Source: an uncultured delta proteobacterium (GTDB lineage: Bacteria; Desulfobacterota; Binatia; Binatales; Binataceae). From it: a stretch of 64,000 nucleotides of DNA. Each line of letters opens with the position of its first letter. Position 1 is the stretch's first letter. The translations under genes and the position numbers were made by a program. The notes beneath the pieces are model-generated. The model did no database searches. It worked only from the letters and a program-made list of their open reading frames with translations, and was not told where the DNA came from. Where the stretch lies: positions 960,001-1,024,000 of the forward strand of contig CAVRVY010000003.1 of assembly GCA_963724765.1 (NCBI GenBank), read 5' to 3'. Below, one piece after another: positions 57,916 to 64,000 of this stretch.

Positions 57916-60000
57916 ATGAGCGACGAGCACGGCCAAGAGGCCTCCGGGCGCAAGCCCAACCGCCTAATCAACGAGCAGAGTCCCTACCTGCGCCAGCACG
58001 CGCACAATCCGGTGGATTGGTACGCGTGGGGTGACGAGGCCCTAGCGCGGGCACGTGCGGAGAACAAGCCGGTCCTGCTCTCCATCGGCTATTCGGCATG
58101 CCATTGGTGCCACGTGATGGAGCGCGAGTCGTTCGAGAACGAACAGATCGCTCAGTTGATGAACGAAAACTTTGTTTCAATCAAAGTCGATCGCGAGGAG
58201 CGTCCCGACCTCGACCAGATTTACATGGATGCCGTCCAGCTCCTGACCGGGCGTGGGGGTTGGCCGCTCACGGTCTTCCTGACGCCCGACGGCGAGCCAT
58301 TTTACGGCGGCACCTACTTTCCGCCCGAGGATCGCCAGGGGATGCCCGGCTTTCCGCGTGTGCTGACCGCGATCGCCGACGCGTATCAGACGAAGCCCGC
58401 CGATATCCGTCAGAACGTCGAGCGCCTCGGCAAGGGGCTAGCGGGACTCGCGGAGTTCAATCCTGATGGCGGCGAGCTCAGGCCCGATATGGCGGAGACC
58501 GGAGCGCGCGCGCTGGCCGAGCATTACGACCGGATCAACGGCGGCTTGGGACACGCGCCCAAGTTTCCCAACAGTTTCGTGTTTTCGCTATTTTTGCGGA
58601 TGCATCAGGCGACCGGCGACCTCGAATTCGGCCACATAGTGCGCGAGACGCTGACCAAAATGGCCAAGGGCGGCATCTACGACCAGCTCGGCGGCGGATT
58701 CCATCGCTACAGCGTGGACGATCGATGGCTGGTGCCGCACTTCGAAAAGATGCTCTACGACAACGCGTTGCTGGCGCGGCTTTACCTCGACGCCGGCCGT
58801 GCGCTCGGCGAGCCCGAGTTCCTGACGGTGGCTCGCGAGATTCTCGATTACGTGCTGCGCGAGATGACCAGCCCCGAGGGCGGTTTCTACTCGACCCAGG
58901 ACGCGGACAGCGAGGGCGAAGAGGGCAAGTTCTTCGTCTGGACGCCCGCTGAGTCGCGGGCGGTGCTCGGTGAGGAGCTGAGCGCGGTTGCCGAGCGTTA
59001 CTTCGATATCACCGCCGAGGGCAATTTTGAGGGCGCCAACATCCTGCATCGCACGATCAGCATCGATGAGGCGGCCCGGCTGTTCAAAAAAACCCCGCAG
59101 GAGATGGAACGCGCGATCGGCGAGATTCGCCGCCGTCTGTTCGAGGCGCGCGAGCGGCGGATCAAACCGGCGCGCGACGAAAAAATCCTCGCCGCGTGGA
59201 ACGGGATGATGATCGGCGCGCTGGCCGAAGGCTTCCGCGCGCTCGGCGACGAGCGCTACCTGAGGGCGGCGGCGCGCGGCGCGGAGTTCGTGATGACGCG
59301 CCTGTGGGACGGCCACGCGCTCAGGCGCTCGTACAAGGACGGCGTCGCGCGTTTCAACGGCTACCTGGAGGACTACGCGCTGTTCGCGGACAGTCTAATC
59401 GATCTTTACGAAGCCTCGCTCGACGGCCGCTATCTCGACCTGGCGCGGACGATGGCCGACGCGATCCTCGAGCGCTTCCTCGATACCGAAAAGGGCGGGT
59501 TCTTCTTTACCTCGGCCAACCATGAGCGGTTGATTACGCGCTCGAAGGCGGTCTTCGACGGCTCGACCCCCTCGGGCAACAGCGCGGCGGTGATGGCGCT
59601 GCTGAGGCTTCACGGCTACACCGGCGAAGAGCGCTACTTCGTCGAAGCGCGGCGCACGCTCAGCCTGCTTCGCAGCTTCGTCGAGCAGCAGCCGTTCGCG
59701 TTCTCGCACATGCTCGAGGCGATCGACCTCTATCAGCGCGGTGCCGCAGAGATCGTGGTCGTGGGCGAGCGCGGCGCGGCCGGCCTGGAGGAATGGATCG
59801 AGCGGCTAGGCCTGCTCTACCTGCCCAACCGCGCGCTGTTCCTTGCTGACCCGCACGCTTCGGCCAGCGGCTTCGTGCCGGAGGCGGTGCGAGGCAAATC
59901 GCAGGTCGACGGCAAGTTGACCGCCTACGTGTGCCGCGAGCGTACCTGCACCGCGCCGATTACGTCGTTCGACGCGCTCAGGGGGGAGTTGGGAGGTTGA
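57916..60000 (+). CDS. YyaL/SPATA20-like thioredoxin (DUF255) + six-hairpin glycosidase-like protein
   Basis: [32 protein letters not shown] and [11 protein letters not shown]. Confidence 0.92.
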   Translation: MSDEHGQEASGRKPNRLINEQSPYLRQHAHNPVDWYAWGDEALARARAENKPVLLSIGYSACHWCHVMERESFENEQIAQLMNENFVSIKVDREERPDLDQIYMDAVQLLTGRGGWPLTVFLTPDGEPFYGGTYFPPEDRQGMPGFPRVLTAIADAYQTKPADIRQNVERLGKGLAGLAEFNPDGGELRPDMAETGARALAEHYDRINGGLGHAPKFPNSFVFSLFLRMHQATGDLEFGHIVRETLTKMAKGGIYDQLGGGFHRYSVDDRWLVPHFEKMLYDNALLARLYLDAGRALGEPEFLTVAREILDYVLREMTSPEGGFYSTQDADSEGEEGKFFVWTPAESRAVLGEELSAVAERYFDITAEGNFEGANILHRTISIDEAARLFKKTPQEMERAIGEIRRRLFEARERRIKPARDEKILAAWNGMMIGALAEGFRALGDERYLRAAARGAEFVMTRLWDGHALRRSYKDGVARFNGYLEDYALFADSLIDLYEASLDGRYLDLARTMADAILERFLDTEKGGFFFTSANHERLITRSKAVFDGSTPSGNSAAVMALLRLHGYTGEERYFVEARRTLSLLRSFVEQQPFAFSHMLEAIDLYQRGAAEIVVVGERGAAGLEEWIERLGLLYLPNRALFLADPHASASGFVPEAVRGKSQVDGKLTAYVCRERTCTAPITSFDALRGELGG

Positions 60001-60026
60001 GGGCCGGTGTCGGCTGAGTAGGCTGG

Positions 60027-60971
60027 ATGGCGATTCACGACGCAGCGCGACGCGCTGCTACGGCTGTATCTTCGGGGCCGCCGTTCGAGCCAATGGCGCT
60101 CAACCGGCCGGCTGTCGCCGCGCGCTCCGCGCTCAAAGTTGCGGTGTTGAACGCCGCCGGCGGCGCGGACCTCCACGCGATCCTCGCCTGTCTCGCGCGT
60201 CCGCCGCTGGCCGATGCGGGTACCCTGATGCTGTGCGAGGCGAGCTGGCGAATGCCGCGCCATCGGCTGGTCGAATTCGCGCCTGATCTCGCCGCGGCGC
60301 TCAAGATGAGTTTCGCATTCCTGCCATCGTTCGGACGTGTCGGAGGAGGCGGCGAGGTCCGTGCCATCGGCAATGCGATCCTGTGTGCGCAACCGCTCGA
60401 CGGCTTTCGTGCGGTTGCGCTGTCCAGGCCGCCGTTTCGGTTTCACCCGAACCCGCTGGTCGGCGCGCATCAGGGATTACTCGCGAGCATCAACGTCGGC
60501 GGCCGCCGCGTGACGATGGGAGTCGCGCATCTGGAGCGGCGATGGGATCCCGAGGGGCGCGGGCGGCAGATGGAAGATTTCCTGAGCGCGATTGGCAACG
60601 AGACGCCGGTCATTATCGGCGGCGACCTCAACACGACCACGATGGACATGGACCGGCGCTGGTCGCTGTTACGAGCGGTCGCGGCGATAGCCTTGCGTCC
60701 GAGGCGCTTTCGCGAGCCGCAGCCGTACGAGCCGCTTTTCGAGCGGATTAGCGCGCACCGATTTTCGATTGAAGGGGCAAATGTTCCGGCCGTGCCAACG
60801 TTCACCTTCAGCCGCCTGGTGCCGCCGCTCTGGCGGCCGAAGCTCGATTGGATCGCGGCGCGTGGAATCGAGCCGATGCAAGGATCGGCCATGGTCGTGC
60901 CCGCGCGCACTTCAATCGTGGGACGCAGAGTCTCCGACCACGACTTCGTCCTATGTAAATTCCGTCTGTGA
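60027..60971 (+). CDS. Endonuclease/exonuclease/phosphatase (EEP) family protein
   Basis: LCE, GNAIL, AHL, GGDLN, KLDWI and SDH. Confidence 0.8.
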   Translation: MAIHDAARRAATAVSSGPPFEPMALNRPAVAARSALKVAVLNAAGGADLHAILACLARPPLADAGTLMLCEASWRMPRHRLVEFAPDLAAALKMSFAFLPSFGRVGGGGEVRAIGNAILCAQPLDGFRAVALSRPPFRFHPNPLVGAHQGLLASINVGGRRVTMGVAHLERRWDPEGRGRQMEDFLSAIGNETPVIIGGDLNTTTMDMDRRWSLLRAVAAIALRPRRFREPQPYEPLFERISAHRFSIEGANVPAVPTFTFSRLVPPLWRPKLDWIAARGIEPMQGSAMVVPARTSIVGRRVSDHDFVLCKFRL

Positions 60972-61049
60972 TGGGCGGCGGGTTCGTCTCCTCGCGGTCA
61001 TCGGGTAAAATTACCTGGGTTCGATGAAATTGTCTGAGGAGTAAGTCTG

Positions 61050-61544
61050 ATGAGTGATTCCCGCACCGCGCCGGGCAGTTCAGCCGATCATTGGCGCGAC
61101 CACGGTGTCCAGGTGATCCCTGCCGACCAGCTTGACCCGGACACGGCACAGACGCCGGGGATGTCACGGGCGGCGGCGATCAACTACGCCCGCGCCGGAG
61201 CACAAAAGATCTGGGCTGGCACGGTGAAAATCCAGGCCAACGCGAAGACCGGCGCCCATCATCATGGAGAACTCGAAAGCGTCATCTACGTTGTCGCGGG
61301 CCACGCGCGGATGCGCTGGGGCGAACATCTCGAATACGTCGCTGAAGCCGGACCGGGTGATTTTATTTTCATCCCGCCGTTCGTGCCGCATCAGGAAATC
61401 AACGCTTCGCCTGACGCGCCGTTGTCCTGCGTGGTGGTGCGCAGCGGCCGGGAGGCAGTGGTGATCAATCTCGATATCGAGCCGGCCGAGCGCCCCGAGG
61501 CGGTGTTCTGGGTCGATCCAATTCACCGCCATCCACAGGGCTGA
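61050..61544 (+). CDS. Cupin domain protein
   Basis: TGAHHHGELES..Y and GPGDFIFIPPFVPHQE. Confidence 0.9.
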   Translation: MSDSRTAPGSSADHWRDHGVQVIPADQLDPDTAQTPGMSRAAAINYARAGAQKIWAGTVKIQANAKTGAHHHGELESVIYVVAGHARMRWGEHLEYVAEAGPGDFIFIPPFVPHQEINASPDAPLSCVVVRSGREAVVINLDIEPAERPEAVFWVDPIHRHPQG

Positions 61545-61555
61545 AAAAGCACCGC

Positions 61556-61771
61556 TTAGCCGCGCTTGCGGATCCGCTCGGCCTCGGCCAGCAGCGTCGG
61601 ATAGCCGAACGGCGGTTGAACGCCGCTCAAGTCGAGATTGCCGAGACGGCGCGAATTCGTAATCATCGCGCCCGCCGCGTTGGCTACCGCGGCCGCGGCC
61701 TCGTCCGTCAGCTCGTAGCCGTATAACTCGCGCGCCATCGCCTTGGCCGTCTGTGCCGTCAGTTTTGCCAT
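61556..61771 (-). CDS. Small GatC/AtzG-like accessory protein
   Basis: 71-aa helical protein ending LDLSGVQP, directly downstream of an amidase; GGAGGG RBS. Confidence 0.6.
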   Translation of the reverse strand: MAKLTAQTAKAMARELYGYELTDEAAAAVANAAGAMITNSRRLGNLDLSGVQPPFGYPTLLAEAERIRKRG

Positions 61772-61805
61772 CGCCCTCCCTCCCGTGATTCATTCATCGT
61801 TGTAA

Positions 61806-63194
61806 CTAAATCTTCGGCAGCGGCAGTGGGCCGCGCGCGAGTTCGTAAGCGTCGGCCACCTGCAACACCGTGATTTCGTCGAACGGCTTGCCGACGATCT
61901 GCATCGAGAGCGGCAGCCCGTCGTTCGAGAGCCCGGTTGGAATCGAAACCGCCGGCTGCCCGGTAGCGTTGAATGGTCCGGTGAAGCGCACCATGTTGGC
62001 GATCATGTCGTAAGACCGGTCGTCGATTCTTGGCGCGGCGGTCGCCTGCGACGGCGCGAGCAGGACGGCATGGTCCTGCAGCGCAGCGAGCGCCTCGGCC
62101 AGCATCAGGTTGCGCTCGCGCTGCGCGCGGACGTAGTTGACCGCCGTAATCGTCATCGAGGTTTCGATGAGCGAGCGGACGTCCGAGCCGTAGTCGCCGG
62201 GCCGCTCGCGTATCCACTGTTCATGAAATTCCAGGGCCTCGGCCATCAGCACCACCATCGTGACCAGCGAGCCCTCGATGAACGATGGGATCGAAACCTC
62301 CTCGACCGTCGCGCCCAGCGATCCGAGTTGCTTGAGCGCCGCGCTGAATGCCCGCGATACCGGCTCCGACACGCCGGTGTTGAGCTCACGGATTACGCCG
62401 ACGCGCATCCCCTTGAGGTCGCCGCCCAGCCGGCTGGTGTAATCGGGCACCGGCTCGCGGCTGGAGGTCGCGTCGTTAGGGTCGTAGCCGGCGATGACGT
62501 TGAGCATCAGCGCGGCGTCGCGCGCGGTGCGAGTGATCGGTCCGGTGTGGTCGAGCGAGTCCGACAGCGGCATCACGCCGTAGCGGCTGACGCGGCTCCA
62601 GGTCTGTTTGAGCCCGACGCATCCGCAGCACGCCGCCGGAATCCGAATCGAGCCGCCGGTGTCGGTCCCGATCGTCGCTGCCGCGGTGCGCGCGACGATC
62701 GCGGCGCCGGAGCCGCCGCTTGAGCCACCGGGGATGAGCTCGAGATCGTAGGGATTGTGGCAGGTGCCCCAATGAGGATTATTGCTGGACGCGCCGTAAG
62801 CAAACTCGTGCAGGTTGAGCTTGCCGAGCAGCACTGCGCCCGCCTCGCTAAGCCGCGTCCATACGGTCGAGTCGTGGTCGGGAACGAAGTCGCCCAGGAT
62901 TTTCGATCCGCCAGTGGTCAGGATGCCCTTGGTATAGCAGAGGTCCTTGAGCCCGATTGGCACGCCGTGAAACGGCCCGCGCCATCGCCCGGCGGTGATT
63001 TCCGTCTCGGCCTTGCGCGCCATCGCGCGCGCCACGTCGGCGGTCACCGTGATGTAGGAGTTGACGCGTTCGTCGACCGCCTCGATGCGATCGAGATAGG
63101 CCTGGGTCAGTTCGACCGGAGAGATTTCCCTGGCGCGCAGTTTCTGCGACAGCGCGGCCACGTCGAAATCGAGCAATGGGCTGGGATTGGCCAT
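61806..63194 (-). CDS. Amidase-signature family enzyme (GatA/AtzE-like)
   Basis: GVPIGLKD, GGSSGGS and GTDTGGSIRIPA. Confidence 0.93.
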   Translation of the reverse strand: MANPSPLLDFDVAALSQKLRAREISPVELTQAYLDRIEAVDERVNSYITVTADVARAMARKAETEITAGRWRGPFHGVPIGLKDLCYTKGILTTGGSKILGDFVPDHDSTVWTRLSEAGAVLLGKLNLHEFAYGASSNNPHWGTCHNPYDLELIPGGSSGGSGAAIVARTAAATIGTDTGGSIRIPAACCGCVGLKQTWSRVSRYGVMPLSDSLDHTGPITRTARDAALMLNVIAGYDPNDATSSREPVPDYTSRLGGDLKGMRVGVIRELNTGVSEPVSRAFSAALKQLGSLGATVEEVSIPSFIEGSLVTMVVLMAEALEFHEQWIRERPGDYGSDVRSLIETSMTITAVNYVRAQRERNLMLAEALAALQDHAVLLAPSQATAAPRIDDRSYDMIANMVRFTGPFNATGQPAVSIPTGLSNDGLPLSMQIVGKPFDEITVLQVADAYELARGPLPLPKI

Positions 63195-63328
63195 CGGTCA
63201 CCTCGCCGTGTGGATTGATCTTTCGCGGATGGGCGGGCGCGGCAGCGGGCCACCCGCCGTCCACGCGCGATACCCTAGCGCAATTTCTCGCGAAGGGGTG
63301 AGCGGCGCGCAGGCTCCCGGGCGATAGG

Positions 63329-64000
63329 CTACTTCAGGATGCCGCGGCGGCGGAGATCGGCGATCCGGTCGCGGTCGTAGCCGAGGTGGCGCGCGAGAAT
63401 TTCCTCGCTATGCTCGCCCAGAAGCGGCGCGGCGTGTTCGACCTTACCGGGCATCGCGGAAAACTTCGCCAGCGTGCCGGTCTGTACGACAGATCCCCAT
63501 TGCGAATGATGCAGCTCGGCGAGCAGCTCATTGGCATTGACCTGCGGATCGTCGAAGAGGTCGGCCGCGCGATGCGTGCTGAGCGCCGGGACGCCGGCCG
63601 CGGTCAACAACGCTAACGCCTGCGCACGGTCGACGGCTGCGAATGCCGCGGCGATCGCCTGCGCGAGCACGCCGTCCTCTTGCTCGCGCGCGGCCGCCGC
63701 ATACGGCGAATCGGCTGCGAGCTTGCACACGCGGCGCATCGCTTCCCACTGCGCCGGTTCCGCGACATGAACAAACAGCCACTCTCCATCGCGGCACTGG
63801 TAGGCGCGGCAGAGTGCCGAACGGCCACGGGATTCCGGCCGACCATTTTCCATATCGGGCCGGCCGTCGTAGAAGATGAATTCGCCCGCCTGGAAAGCCA
63901 TCGCGGACTGCAACAGCGAAGTTTCACAGGGCTGGCCGCGGCCGAGACGCTCGCGCGCGCGCAGCGCCAGCACGCATCCGAACGCCGACAGCATCGCGGC
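63329..64000 (-). CDS. Family III CoA-transferase (CaiB/BaiF), 5' part outside the window
   Basis: TGRGQ-like RLGRGQ, SLL, YQCRDG, DPQV and APLLGEHSEEIL. Confidence 0.85.
   Translation of the reverse strand, partial: AAMLSAFGCVLALRARERLGRGQPCETSLLQSAMAFQAGEFIFYDGRPDMENGRPESRGRSALCRAYQCRDGEWLFVHVAEPAQWEAMRRVCKLAADSPYAAAAREQEDGVLAQAIAAAFAAVDRAQALALLTAAGVPALSTHRAADLFDDPQVNANELLAELHHSQWGSVVQTGTLAKFSAMPGKVEHAAPLLGEHSEEILARHLGYDRDRIADLRRRGILK

Overview
GC-rich bacterial chromosomal segment containing the replication origin region. Gene content and order suggest a deltaproteobacteria-like lineage such as Ca. Binatota (inference only). Core genes: gdhB (5'-truncated), nagA, ribE, the minus-strand run mnmE-mnmG-rsmG-parA-parB with two perfect parS sites, rpmH-rnpA-yidD-yidC-jag, ferredoxin, fumC, mccB, mutS2, asmA, smr, hemL-atpZ-atpI-atpB-atpE and dnaA-dnaN with DnaA boxes, DnaA-trios and a GATC-rich unwinding element. 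The usual dnaA/rpmH/mnmE gene order is broken, and a vapC toxin relic lies at one breakpoint. Two accessory blocks stand out. (1) About 28.7-38.2 kb mixes secreted/surface proteins with fumC and a MaoC gene: a phospholipase C/acid phosphatase, a Tat multicopper oxidase, a pentameric ligand-gated ion channel, and a roughly 600-aa thaumatin-like protein with 44 Cys and a carbohydrate-binding-like insert. (2) An AT-richer four-gene cassette at about 42.5-45.7 kb sits between the convergent mutS2 and asmA genes. It encodes a MerR-type regulator with its own palindromic operator, a degenerate tandem MazG-like protein, a dCTP-deaminase-fold protein lacking the deaminase catalytic residues and fused to a coiled coil and TM helix, and an aGPT-Pplase1/amino acid:DNA transferase homolog. 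This cassette is the best candidate for an undescribed nucleotide/modified-DNA sensing anti-phage or DNA-hypermodification system. No tRNA, rRNA, CRISPR array, integrase or transposase was found. All family calls come from motif recognition, not database searches.
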